A stretch of 63,095 nt of DNA, the filler included, from Dugesia japonica (taxonomy: Eukaryota): assembly GCA_001938525.1 (NCBI GenBank). It is 5 parts of 5 records of this genome, joined end to end, with 100 filler letters (N's around TTAATTAATTAA, not from the genome) between each part and the next. Parts side by side here need not be neighbours in the genome. Positions count along the whole stretch, not along the records: positions 17,032 to 29,629 come from MQRL01598263.1; positions 29,730 to 43,304 come from MQRL01599591.1; 3 more parts are not named here. One strand, 5' to 3'. The first letter of the stretch is position 1. Every line of letters begins with the position of its first letter. Made by a program: the position numbers and the translations under genes. The notes beneath the pieces are model-generated. The model saw only the letters and a program-made list of their open reading frames with translations, was not told where the DNA came from and ran no database searches. Of this stretch, positions 26,201 to 38,234 are shown in pieces.

Positions 26201-26341
26201 GAGACAATTGTTTCATATGGTTTGGTTTTATCCGATGCCAGTTACATAAACGTAACAAAAGAAAATGAGCATTCCGATCTATTCTATTGTTTACCTTGGT
26301 CACATGGATCCTTGGGTTTCCTAGTGTCTTTGGAACTGAAA
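26201..26341 (+). CDS. DHCR24: Delta(24)-sterol reductase-like, exon 3 (downstream exons not found in the window)
   Basis: Follows a 47-nt intron; reads ETIVSYGLVLSDAS...EHSDLFYCLPWSHGSLGFLVSLELK. GT donor at 26342. Confidence 0.93.
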
Positions 26342-26959
26342 GTATTATATTTTAGAATTAACATTTTTAGAAAAATTCTAATATTGATTTCTTAAAATAA
26401 ATAAACTCTTCTGTCAATATTAAAAAAAACTTGAAAGCATAAAAATGTTTCAGCGACCCGATATAGTAACAAGTATTTGTCCTTTGACACTGCAGAACAC
26501 CTGTTATTAAAAGCGGAATGAATTTTTTTAAATGTTCTGTAATTATTTTAGTAAAATAATAAGTGATTATTCCCATTATATTTTAACTACGATATTTAAT
26601 GGCTTAATTATTACATATTCGGTTACTATACTTTGGATTCTTTTTTAGAAATTTTAAATATTATTATTATTGTATTTATATGTTTTTAATAGTTTAAATT
26701 AAAGATCCTCAATGTTATTATCAATTTCCATAATATGAGAAATGTACGTTAGTGTTGTGTATCTGAATGTTTGAGCATACTTCCATTTCAATGAAAAAAT
26801 TGAGGAATCATTGGATGTTTCATTTGCTGTATTTTCTTATCTATGGCATTTTAAAATGTAAATGAAAACTTCAATCATTGCTTTGAGAACATTCAATTTA
26901 AACTATTACAAACATATAAACACAACAAGAATAACAATAAACAAAGTAAGTAAAATCAA

Positions 26960-28070
26960 ATTATTAAAGAAATAAAAATTTTAAAATCAATTATCATTAC
27001 ACCAACAGACAAAACAAATAAATTGGTGGGTCTATCTGACCAACCATAGAATGAATTTTTTTCTGAACATTTAAATAATTATGAAACAATAGCCCACAAA
27101 AGACTACCNACTACAGAAGAAATTAAATTCAATAAACAATTAATTCTAATAGCAGAAAAATATGAATATCCAATAAAATCTGTACTTTTAATAGTCAAAT
27201 GTCATGAACCAGTTCTATCCCCGATGTACTGTGTTCCTAAAGATCACAAAACAACAATGAAAGGAAGACTTATTGTCAACGCTTTTGATATTCATTCTAA
27301 TTCATTATGCATACTTATGGCAAATATATTAAAATCACTATTAAATTTCATTCCGGCACATTTAAAGAATAGTTGCAAGAGTGGTGATAAATCTGGTTCA
27401 TTAGATGTAACAAATCTTTATGGATCAATTCCAATTGAAGGACCTGAAAATGTAATCGATTTTGTGAGTGACTTCTTTGAAAGATACAAAGAACATACAG
27501 ATATTCCAGAGATCACCAAAAATGATTTCAAATATCTTATTAATTTGTGTCTCTTCTCTCATAGCATTTTTAACAGTGAACAACTTTTTAAACAAAAAGG
27601 TGGTCTTGCAATGGGTAATAATTTATCTCCAATCCTAGCAATAATTTTCATGAACTTCATAGAAAATCAAATAATTCTTAAATTAAACAAGAAAATTCAT
27701 TTATAGTTTAGATACATAGATGATATTTTCTTTGTAACTAATTTTCCTTTAGAGAACATTTTAAAATTAGCCAATAGCATAAATGATAACACTAAATTCA
27801 CTTTGGAGATGTCAATTGATTTTCAGATTCCCTTTCTAGACCTTTTAATCCAAAAGAAACCTGGTGAAATATTAACTACCTAATTTCATGAAACCATTTC
27901 ACAGTGGATATATATTACCTTGGAATAGTAATACTACCATCAGCCAGAAAATTGGTATAATTAAAGGTAAAAGAATTCGAGCTGAGAGACTATCTTCAAA
28001 TGAAGAAATGAAATTGATTTCTNNNNNNNNNNNNAAAAAAAATAAATTCTTAAATAATGGCTACTCAAAA
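26960..28070 (+). mobile_element. Penelope-like element reverse transcriptase remnant (after DHCR24 exon 3)
   Basis: PTDKT...YCVPKDHK..GRLIV...SLDVTNLYGSIP...QKGGLAMGNNLSPILA..FM..FRYIDDIF...IPFLD..KPFHSG.ILPWNS are PLE-type RT motifs. No GIY-YIG domain visible. Confidence 0.9.
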
Positions 28071-28226
28071 ACAGCTAAATCCAGTACATATGCTAATGGG
28101 AACAATGAGTTAATAATCACATTAAACCAATATTTATCGGGGAAGTGACTAATATCACTATCATAGGGTGTTTGGCTTATATGAAATCATTGGTATTGTC
28201 CTGAAAAATTTATTGTTTACAAGTTC

Positions 28227-29629
28227 TGTTACTGTTTAAGAACAAGATGTGTTCTTGATTGTTTCTTAAAATTTACCGTTTATTTTCTTTAATCGAGGAT
28301 AAATATTAGCAATTTTTAACCATGTTATTCTTGATCAGTGTAAATTTTTCAGCAATTGAGTACTCAGATTTTGAAATTTGAAAAGAAAAATAATGTTTTT
28401 AAAATATTATAGTTTTTTCCTTTTATTTCCTTGGGGATAAAGATCGGCGATTTTAAGTGAAGTGAAATATTATAAAATTCTTTTATTATACAATCTCACA
28501 TTCCCCCCTTTTAAAGTGTTTTAAACATTTAATATTTCTTCTTATTTTTTTTNNNNNNNNNNNNNNNNNNNNNNNNNNNNNNTATCATGTATTTTCTCTA
28601 TAATTATTGCTGGTCCTTCATATCTGTTTTCATTTTTATGTGGATTTTCTATTTTCATTAAAACCTCGTCACCAATATTAAATTTCCTAATTGTATTATT
28701 ATTTTCTAAATTTCTGAAATTATTATAGTTATTTAAATTATCTTTAATTCTTTTGTGCTTAAAATTTCTTTCCTTTAAATTGTTTTGATCACTCCTAACA
28801 ATCCATTCTTTGTGTAAGTTTTTCCCAAAAATAATTTTAGCGGAAGATACATTCGTCGTTTTCTGAATAGTGGTGTTCATCATAAATTCTATTTCTGATA
28901 AAATTTTTGCCCAGTCCTGTATTTTTTTATCCTGTAAACTAATATAAATCGTATCTCTTATAGTTCGAAATTGTCTTTCAATTATTCCATTACTACTAGG
29001 ATGATATGAATTTGAGTATTGGATTTCACAATTAAATTCATTAGCTAATTATTGGATTAGATTTGATTTAAATGATTTTCTACAATCTGTATTATTCTCA
29101 GTTCATCATATTTCAAAATCCAATTATGTTTTAATAGTTTAACAGTAGTTTTTTTGTCTTGATCTGAGTCTGCATTGAGAGATATAAATCTACTGAACTT
29201 TAACAATTATTGCTCAAATATATTGATTTCCATTTAGAGTTCTCTTTAAAAGATCAGAAAAGCCAATATGAATGATTTCAAAGATGTCATAAACTGAAAT
29301 ACTAATAATTTTTGCTTTTGTTTGGGTTGTCTGTGTTTTCCTTAATTGACAATCTTTACAACTTTGTGTAACTGGTTTTACAATTTCTTTTTAACCTTCC
29401 ATATTATAATTTTATCTTATATGAGCTGCGAATTTTTGAATTCCTATATAACATAATGATCCGTGTTCATTTCTTACAAAAAATTTTCTGCATTCTAAAG
29501 GAATCCAAATTTTATTATTATTTGTCACTATGATTCCATTTGAAAACTTAAATTTTGAATTCATTTCAATATTTTTTAAGTTATCTTTTATAATATTAAT
29601 TTCTTCAGAGTTTTCTTGCCACTTATTAC
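28227..29629 (-). mobile_element. Gypsy element D: integrase, PPT and 3' LTR (~28227-28500), truncated by gap
   Basis: YHPSSNGIIERQFRTI...MNTTIQKTT...FNIGDEVLMK...RYEGPA integrase. PPT AAAAGGGGGGAA at ~28501-28512 abuts TGTGAG. The far LTR boundary is inferred. Confidence 0.85.
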
Positions 29630-29673
29630 NNNNNNNNNNNNNNNNNNNNNNNNNNNNNNNNNNNNNNNNNNNN

Positions 29674-29685
29674 TTAATTAATTAA
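29674..29685. other. Artificial contig linker
   Basis: TTAATTAATTAA in a 100-bp N block. Confidence 0.95.
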
Positions 29686-29739
29686 NNNNNNNNNNNNNNN
29701 NNNNNNNNNNNNNNNNNNNNNNNNNNNNNATTCTTGAAA

Positions 29740-30179
29740 GGGTTCCCCTGAGGACTGTTTTTCCCCAGTCACCTGTTTTCCAACTCAGGTGGAAGCCCAA
29801 CAAATATCTTCTTTGATAAATATGATGAACAATGCAAAAAGCAATTTTAATGTTTTAATTATTGTAGTGTCTGAAGCCAAAAAGCTAACCGCGGAAACTT
29901 CGCTAGTAGACCTTTTGCAGAAAATGGGTATCGGTACAAAAGAAATTGCAAAGCGAAATAACTGAACTGCAACGGAAGAATTTATCATTACGAAAAACCA
30001 ATGCCAAGTTAAAAGAGAGAGATCTAGCTCTGTCACAGACTTGTCAAGCGATGGCCGATATAATCAAGGCCTATGCTGATAGAGAAAGAGCATTAATATC
30101 TGCTGTGAGGACATTAGCACAATTTTCGAAGTCGGAGGAAGGAATCTCAAAGGGAGCAGTCCAGGAAGCCATTGAATAA
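29740..30179 (+). pseudogene. Frameshifted coiled-coil ORF of unknown origin
   Basis: Higher-GC island. Frame ...QVEAQQISSLINMM...LLQKMGIGTKE shifts into QSEITELQRKNLSLRKTNAKLKERDLALSQ (29946-30179). No introns evident. Confidence 0.35.
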
Positions 30180-30878
30180 GATGCATGAGAAACATAGGAC
30201 GTGTGATAAATATGGATACGAATAAAATTTTGTACAGATTGTATTTCTCAATATTTGATTATAGCAGGAGTTAATAATGATTAATTACGTTTAATTATAC
30301 AACGAGAGCCGGATAGAAATTGGAAACTAAAGCAGGATACAGCATAGTGCCACTGGATCCGGGCAATGGGGGATCGTGTTACTGGAAAGAGTAACAAAAA
30401 TTTCTGTGGCTGCTGGGTATCATCCCCAGACAGAAATTATATCTATGAGAACGAAAATGGTGATCAGAAGAATGGAGATCGAGTATAAATCAACATCAAA
30501 AGCCTAGCAACCCAACACTATCTGAAAATATTGTAACTGTATTTTATTTAAAATGTTTCACAAATTCAAAATATGAATATTTTAATTTATTCTAATTTAC
30601 ATAAAAAATAGTATTTTTTTTAATTTATTCTAATTTACATAAAAAAACTAAACAGTTAAAAATTTATAAACTTCAAATTTATATTTTCATAATATATGCT
30701 AACAGTTTTGATGTATTTTAATTTTAAAAACATTGCAAGTAATTTCTAATGTGTTTAAATAATTCAAATTTTCTAATGCTATAAAGCGCGTTAATTTCAA
30801 TCACCTTTTAATTTTGATCAATTCACTAGCTCGAATTTTAAATACAATTTCAGAAAAACAAAATCTATTATCCTACTT

Positions 30879-31087
30879 ATGTCATTCAAAAAATCTTTGA
30901 AAACCAACAGTAACAAAGATGACGATTTTTCTTCTAAAGCACAAGTAAAAAGAATGTATTTTCGTTTAAGTTACTAATTTTCATTGATTTTAAACAGGAG
31001 ATTGCTTCATTATTAGGAGTTATTATTAACTATGATGAATATTTAATAAAATCTCAGACTGCTGTGAAAATACTATTCCCATTAGCT
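30879..31087 (+). CDS. Candidate orphan gene, 5' exons (30879-30944, 30998-31087)
   Basis: ATG start, a 53-nt GT-AG intron, both junctions phase 0, and a strong GTAAGT donor at 31088. Protein: MSFKKSLKTNSNKDDDFSSKAQ-EIASLLGVIINYDEYLIKSQTAVKILFPLA. Confidence 0.55.
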
Positions 31088-32995
31088 GTAAGTTAATATT
31101 TTGGATTATTCTTTTAAAATATAAATTTAGCTTTTCTGGTTATATTTGATTATTCAAATTTTACTTTTTATTTTACTAAATATTAAAATAATAATTATTG
31201 TAATATTAAATAGTTTTATCAAGTAAAAATATATAAAAATTTATTATGAAAAGACAGTGAAACAAATAAATGCAACAATTAATTTTAAATTGTTAACAAA
31301 GAAAAATCAATGATTAACCACGGATTTGAAATTTTTATCGAATTATTGAAATTATCGAATTTTAAGGTTCATTTTCTTTTTAACATTTACCTTATTTTCC
31401 AGATTAATCTTATCTTACAAATATTATTATTTTTAATAATGAAATTACAAAGGTTTTTATCTTAATACTACTAAAAAACTTGGTCAAAAATAGTCAAACT
31501 AAAAACAGGTTTAACTAAATAATATCTTAAAAAAGATTTTCACCTGCGCCTTATAGTTCAGATAAAACAGTAACTTAAAATAGCCAATTAGTTAAATTTT
31601 TATTCTCGATATTTGAATGTTGTGATAGGAAACGATAGGTTTTGTTAATATACAGATTATACGCGAGTTACTATGAATTAATACTCAAACAATTTTTATC
31701 AAACAGATTAAATTTCACATCTATTTCCGATAGAAGTTTATTTTTCGATGACTGAGTAAATTTAGGTGATAGATTTTTTTAAAATTAAAATTAAATAAAA
31801 TTAAAATTGTTTAACACACACATACACACATCATTTGCAGCAATTACGAAAAAGAAAAACATAAATTGTGCATGTTGAAATATTTTTAGATAAATATTAA
31901 TTAAAATCATACCATATACTGACTTGGGCTGAGTAATAAGTCTGCGTATTTTTAGGAAAATTCAAAATCAATTTTTTACAATTNNNNNNNNNNNNNNNNN
32001 NNNNNNNNNNNNNNNNNNNNNNNNNNNNNNNNNNNNNNNNNNNNNNNNNNNNNNNNNNNNNNNNNNNNNNNNNNNNNNNNNNNNNNNNNNNNNNNNNNNN
32101 NNNNNNNNNNNNNNNNNNNNNNNNNNNNNNNNNNNNNNNNNNNNNNAATTCTATAAAGACCTGAATAAATGAAAACCAGATGGTTCTGGATCCGGTGAGT
32201 ATACAGGGTAGAGTGAAACATAATGAATGAACTACAGAGTTTGGCCCGTACATTGTTTTAAAATTTAAAATAAAAATCATTTGATTAAATAAGTTTTTAA
32301 AAATTNTTAACAATCTAAGCTGATATTTCAATAGAACGTTAAACATTATTTTATAATCAGTTTCATTAATCAGTTAATTCGGTGTGAAAATCAACTTTTT
32401 TCGATTGGTTGTTTAAATTAACTGATAAGATTTTTTCAAATCTCTAAGAAATGCTATTAACTATCCGAAAAATAATATTGCCATCATTCTTTGATATGTA
32501 CGAAGGCTTGACTCTTTAAAAAAAATATGAATCAAGAGGAGAATAATTTTTAATAGATTCTAAGAGTAATATAACATCTTCTATGTAGCAAGCAATATCA
32601 ATTATCTTTTTAATGAAAAATAATCATACAAAAAGTGCTCTCATCAATTTATTTTTGCATAAAAAGTAAATGGAATATAGCTATGTAGATAAATTTTAAA
32701 AAATTTGTATTAAACCACGATAGTTTCATTTTCAATTGTAAGTTAGAGCCGTACATAATGGTTTAAAGAGCTGAATTTTTCAACATCTAGTGAATAGTAG
32801 AGCAGGTATGTCAAACACGCTGCTCTTAAAATATTTCTGTATTTCAAACATGTTGTAACATTTCTAATATGTTAAAGAAACGTTAGTTGGCGTTTGAATA
32901 TTTAAATCATGATTACTAAAAGTATCCATAAAATTTTATTCAAATCTAAAAGACAAAATTAATAAAACTATTATTTAAACAAGTTTACCTTTTTT

Positions 32996-33247
32996 CATTA
33001 AAATAAAGAAAAAGTTTTGATCAAAATGAAATTTGAATTTCTATAAAAATAAAAAATAAAATTTCTATAAAACAGTCAATTCCTGACGAAGACAAAGTCG
33101 AAATATGGAATTGTTATAAAAACCAAAAAATTTGAATTCTATAAAAATACATTATTTTGATCGAAGCTTTTTCTTTATTTAGATGAAATCTCAAATGCTA
33201 TCAATGATTAAGTCATACAATTATTCTCGCAATAATTCTTGTAAAAC
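32996..33247 (+). mobile_element. Short Penelope-type pseudo-LTR / retrozyme-like insertion
   Basis: 12-bp TSD TTTACCTTTTTT (32984-32995, 33248-33259), an internal inverted repeat (AAAAGTTTTGATCAAAAT / ATTTTGATCGAAGCTTTT), and a hammerhead core. Confidence 0.75.
33077..33113 (+). ncRNA. Minimal type I hammerhead ribozyme motif (cleavage triplet AUG, probably inactive)
   Basis: CAATTC-CTGACGA-A-GAC AAA GTC-GAAA-TATG-GAATTG: 6-bp stem I, CUGANGA box, 3-bp stem II, GAAA, palindromic minimal stem III. Confidence 0.8.
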
Positions 33248-35456
33248 TTTACCTTTTTTATTTATTTTTTATTTTAAATTTTTTTTGAAACCTATTTTAT
33301 TTTTAATTTCAATTTTTGCTAAAAACTTAATTAAATTTGTAAATTTTAAGCTCCTCTAATAATATAAATTACAATATAATTTTTTTTTACTCATTTTTGT
33401 TGAATTTTGTTATTAATGTTCTTAATTTGTTCTTAATGAAGAACCTCTCCCAGACATGATTTATTTTCTGCTTCCTCTCTTATATTACATTCTGTTCTTT
33501 TTAGACTTTATAACTCCCTCTCTAGTTTTTCTTTATGGTTAACCTTCAAATCTTTATGAACGATTGTTATCTTTAATTAGTTGTAGAACAGATCTTATTA
33601 CAATGCATATGTCACCCACGTGGTCCTCGAGGAACCCTGAGTTTTTCGTGCCTGCTATAGACTCTATGGCATAGAGTGTAGNGGTGAACATTAAAATTTC
33701 GTTTCTTGGGACAAATAATTAATTAAATAATTAGATTGGCATTGTATAAATAAATAAGGTAAACCCTGTGAATTAATAAAATTTTAGGTAAGAATATCAT
33801 AACTTGGTTTGAGAAACAAGTTAAGCTATATTTCACAAGAATCATCACTATTTATTTAACTAAAAGGAAAGCAAGTGGAAAATATTTTCGCGTCAACTGA
33901 TTATAATGTTTATTTTTTATAAATATTATTGATAAAATGAAGGGAACATCAAATTTCATTGTAGACGGTGAGTTGCAAAATAAAACAGGAATAATTGCAA
34001 TGGGTAATCTACGACTTTATTGGTTCTATTTAAGAATTGTTTTTATCAGATTTCCAAAATATTAAACCATTATCTGCCAAAACTTTCTAAATATATTTTT
34101 CTCTTAATAATACCTTGAACTGTTGACAACAATTAAATAAAAAGAAACAAGTTTTGTTAATTCAAACGTAAACAGTATAGTTCATTTAACAATATTATAT
34201 ATAGATTAAACTTAAAACTAGCGAACTTTCTCAAAAAACAATTAAAAATGTACCGTCCAGAAAAAGATAATGACGGTTAATGGGTTGATTGATTTTACAC
34301 TACTAAAATACAGTAAACTATCNNNNNNNNNNNNNNNNNNNNNNNNNNNNNNNNNNNNNNNNNNNNNNNNNNNNNNNNNNNAATCGGTAAAAAATTCAAA
34401 ATCAATTGGCTTTTCACAAAATAATCTGTTTCACGTGATTGTTCAATAGCAATGCATTGATTCATAAAAAATTTTCAATGAAAATGATCGAAATATAATG
34501 ACATTTTTACTAGATAATTTAGCTTCCTGCTACAAAACTAAATAACAATTTAATCAAAAATTTGATCCACATAATATTTTTTATAATAAATTTGAAGTTT
34601 ATAAAGATTTATCCAATTGTAAAAATATTTATAAAGCAAAGTATATAACTTAGTGTATTTAAATAATATTTATTTGGTTTCATTTTAAATCTGTGTTTTG
34701 ATTAACCATGGTTTATTGCATATACTCAAGTTATAATGTATAAACACGCAACGCTTTTCATATTCTGCTCTATTCTAAATGTTTTCATTACGTAAGGGGG
34801 TATATAAATGATGTATAAATATTAAATTTTTAATATATCGTTTTACAGTAAAATTTAAATTAAACATTTAACATCTAAAATCAAATGGGTTTCTTCTATT
34901 TTTCCGAAAGAAATCTACATAATTTCCTACATAAATTCTCCCATTTAAATGCTTTATATTTCTGAGATTATTACATAACATAGTCTGGAAAATAGAGTAA
35001 TTACAATAAATATATTCATAATCGGTAAGCTTTGAAAATTCATTGAATTGAGAAAACGCCGATAGTCCTTTCGTTTATAGCGGTTTTGTTTTAATTCTGG
35101 CAATATGATATTTCTTAAATTGTTCTTATATTTTAAAATAATTTTCTATTGTTTGATATTGTGATCGTGTCACTAGTCGGTATTTATATTATATAAAATT
35201 TCATCTAATTTCCATATGAAATTGTGGCAATTTTGATTATTTGAATTTCATTTACAATTTAAACAAATCAAATAGTAAAATGAAAATCTACTCCGAATTT
35301 TGTAATTATTTTAATATTTACAAATGATAAATAATTTTTTTATGCGTAGATAATCCATGTTTGAAACTTTAGTGATACAATACTAGTTTATATTTTCGCG
35401 TGTTTAACTTCTTTTATTGCTTAAAGATAATTAACTATGGCAGCATGAAGCTACAT

Positions 35457-35886
35457 TAAGGTTTCTTAACATGTGGTACATGGACCCCTAAGGGGTCCAA
35501 AGGTATTAACGAGTTATTTATGCTATAAATCCATTTGTCAAAGTGTATCTTTACTAATCTAGATTTTTCATACTTGTGACAACCAAATCAAAAAAATCGT
35601 TTGATTGTTAAGCATGATATGCGCATTGCTTTGTCGAAAACCATCACTCAATTCAAGTAATTAATTAAAGAAATACAGCAACAACCTTCAAAATTAATAA
35701 TTTTATATGTATCTTAAAAACTAAATAAGTTATTGAATGTTTATTAAAAACAAATAATAAAATTAAATATTTTATAATAATTTATGTCTTTGTAATTTCT
35801 TTTCTTCACATATTGAAAGAGAAGGTCTGCGGCTCCCGAAAATTTTTAAAAGGGGTACATTTTACATTTAAGGTTAAGAAACACTG
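35457..35886 (+). mobile_element. Internally deleted hAT/Buster (Charlie-like) element
   Basis: Ends ..GTTTCTTAACA / AGGTTAAGAAACACTG. Contains a transposase C-terminal remnant NRLIVKHDMRIALSKTITQFK*LIKEIQQQPS. Confidence 0.7.
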
Positions 35887-36972
35887 GTCTATACAGTTTT
35901 TTAGATCATAAAATTATACAGTTAACGTCTTAAAGTTGATTCGTTTTATAATTTAGTATGTGTAATGATTTTTTTAATCATTTTATTATTTCATATATAT
36001 ACACATATATAAAATAATATATATATATATATATATATATAAAGGCAGTTTATTCGAAAATAATTATAATTAAATAAAAATCATTAAATATTTTATAATT
36101 TTTAAGTAATGTAAAATATTTCCACAGTAATAAAAATTTAAATACTCTTTAAAATCCCATTTCTGAGGTCAGGATCTACATTTAAAATTCCCATTAAATA
36201 AAACGATATTTACTAATGGATAAAGTATTAAGTATTGATTTGTTTTTAATATTTTCTATTGAACTTCTTTTTATCAAATTTCTATTAATGGATAATTTAA
36301 AAATCTGAAACAATTACCATTTTATTATAACTACATTATATAGATTTTGCTTATTTTGTTTTAATTAAGGTTAAATTAAAATTGAAATATTTAAAAATCA
36401 ATTGAATTATTAGAAAAATAAAAAAACTCAAAACTTAAGAAAATAATTTGTATTGCATTAAATTTTATTTATAAGTAGTGAAAGAGTCTTCGCAAGAATT
36501 TACAAATAATAAAGATTCTCTATTTATAATATTTCTAATTTCCTTTGTAAACATTAAATTGGATTAAATTGGTTTGTAATTGTTTGTTTACATAAATGTT
36601 AAATTTTTATTCTAGCTTTGTTTTGATATTTATGATTATATTTTGTTATTTAATCCCTGAATAATTATTTTATAATTAATTTTCCATTGTTAAGTTGATT
36701 TAACTAAAGCATACTTATTTTCTGTATAATGAAACGTTAATGCATACAAAATTCAGAAAAAATTAGAAAAATGAAATACTTTATGAATTAAAATTGAATT
36801 ATTATTCTAAAATTATATATTCTAGTTTTCCCAAGAATAATGATATGAAAACTAATTAATCCATCTAAAGGATAGAAATAATTTATCTGGGAACTTTATT
36901 TTCATTTATTGTTTAAAATTTTTATAATTTATTATTCTCATCATTTAGTAAATCCATGTTAAATTTTTTTAG

Positions 36973-38234
36973 TTTTCTATCTATTATATTTTCGTTATCT
37001 TAATGAAATCAGGTTTACATTATAAATTATTCACTAAATTTTAAATCACAAAGTTTCAGGTGGGCGCTTTTGCTCTGATTACGAAAACCATAATCCTTTT
37101 CTTGTATCTTTTAAAAAGAATAGCAGAATTTGTATACAATATGATTCATTGGTGAATATGGAAACCTTGCTAACAAATAAGGATATAATAAACAGGAGAA
37201 TATGCTTACAAATGCCTATATTGGTAAAGAAAAAAGCAAAATTTTAAAAAAACTTCCATCAGCTCCTTCAAGAGGTGGTTTATCAGTGGTGACTAGAATT
37301 GAAACTTCTAATTTGTCCATGATTATTCCACTTAACGGATTTGCTAAATTTTTGTATTTTGATTTGAAACAATATCAAAATTTATATGGNNNNNNNNNNN
37401 NNNNNNNNNNNNNNNNNNNNAATGAGTATTTAATAGAATTTACTGAAATATCAAATAAAAAAGCAAATACAATATTGAATATTCTTCAAAGATATGACAT
37501 TGATGCAATTGTTTTTTATTGCAAACCAACAATCACGAGTAAACAAAATGGTGTAATCAACATTAATAATAGACAATATCCCCGTGAACCGCGTAGACTA
37601 CATATTCCAGATTTAATAGTAAAAAATAATTTTCTAGAAACTGGATCAAATATACTATACCAGTTTGTGTAGGAAATCAAATCCACATTATCTGAATTGC
37701 GGAAAACATATTTAGNNNNNNNNNNNNNNNNNNNNNNNNNNNNNNNNNNNNNNNNNNNNNNNNNNNNNNNNNNNNNNNNNNNNNNNNNNNNNNNNNNNNN
37801 NNNNNNNNNNNNNNNNNAACGTGGTGATAAACCACATTGAAATACCACAAATTCCGGTTAATATCAGTTATTTCAGATAGAATTCAAAAGCTATTGATTG
37901 TTTAATGGCTGACTTACTTTTTAATGTAGATAATGAAGATCTTAAAAGCCTAAATAGTTTTATTAGTTATGATTGGTCTTCACTTTGGTTTGATGCTTGA
38001 AATCTCCCAGAATGGTCAAAATTAAAAAGCATTTTCCAAAATTCTAAAAAAATTCTTATCAAATACAGTTTGTTAAATAGAAAAGAGTTCAAGCCACCTA
38101 CAAACGAAATGGCAGAAAGAATGTTTAGAATGGCTAATGAAAAAAATATTACATGTAAGTCTGTGGAAACCTCAAAAAATGCTATGATAAGGTATATAAA
38201 TCATAAAGAACTGTTAAATGCGCTTAAAGCTTAA
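36973..38234 (+). CDS. Candidate orphan gene, 3' exons (36973-37012, 37060-37151, 37196-37618, 37673-gap, 37881-38234); probable type II membrane protein
   Basis: GT-AG mini-introns of 47, 44 and 54 nt remove the apparent frameshift and TAG. The TGA at 37998 is either in a 45-nt intron (37966-38010) or a nonsense change. TAA at 38232-38234 and AATAAA at 38253. Includes ORF 37202-37672. Confidence 0.6.

Larger units (their letters stand above)
32803..33654. mobile_element. Degenerate hAT-type MITE hosting a hammerhead-bearing insertion
   Basis: Ends CAGGTATGTCAAAC / GTTTTTCGTGCCTG; flanks TAGTAGAG / CTATAGAC (imperfect nnnTAnnn TSD). Confidence 0.5.

Noticed and set aside
37181-37672. Frameshift and TAG suggesting a pseudogene or non-standard genetic code
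   Set aside because: Both are explained by canonical 44- and 54-nt introns, and the other genes use the standard code.
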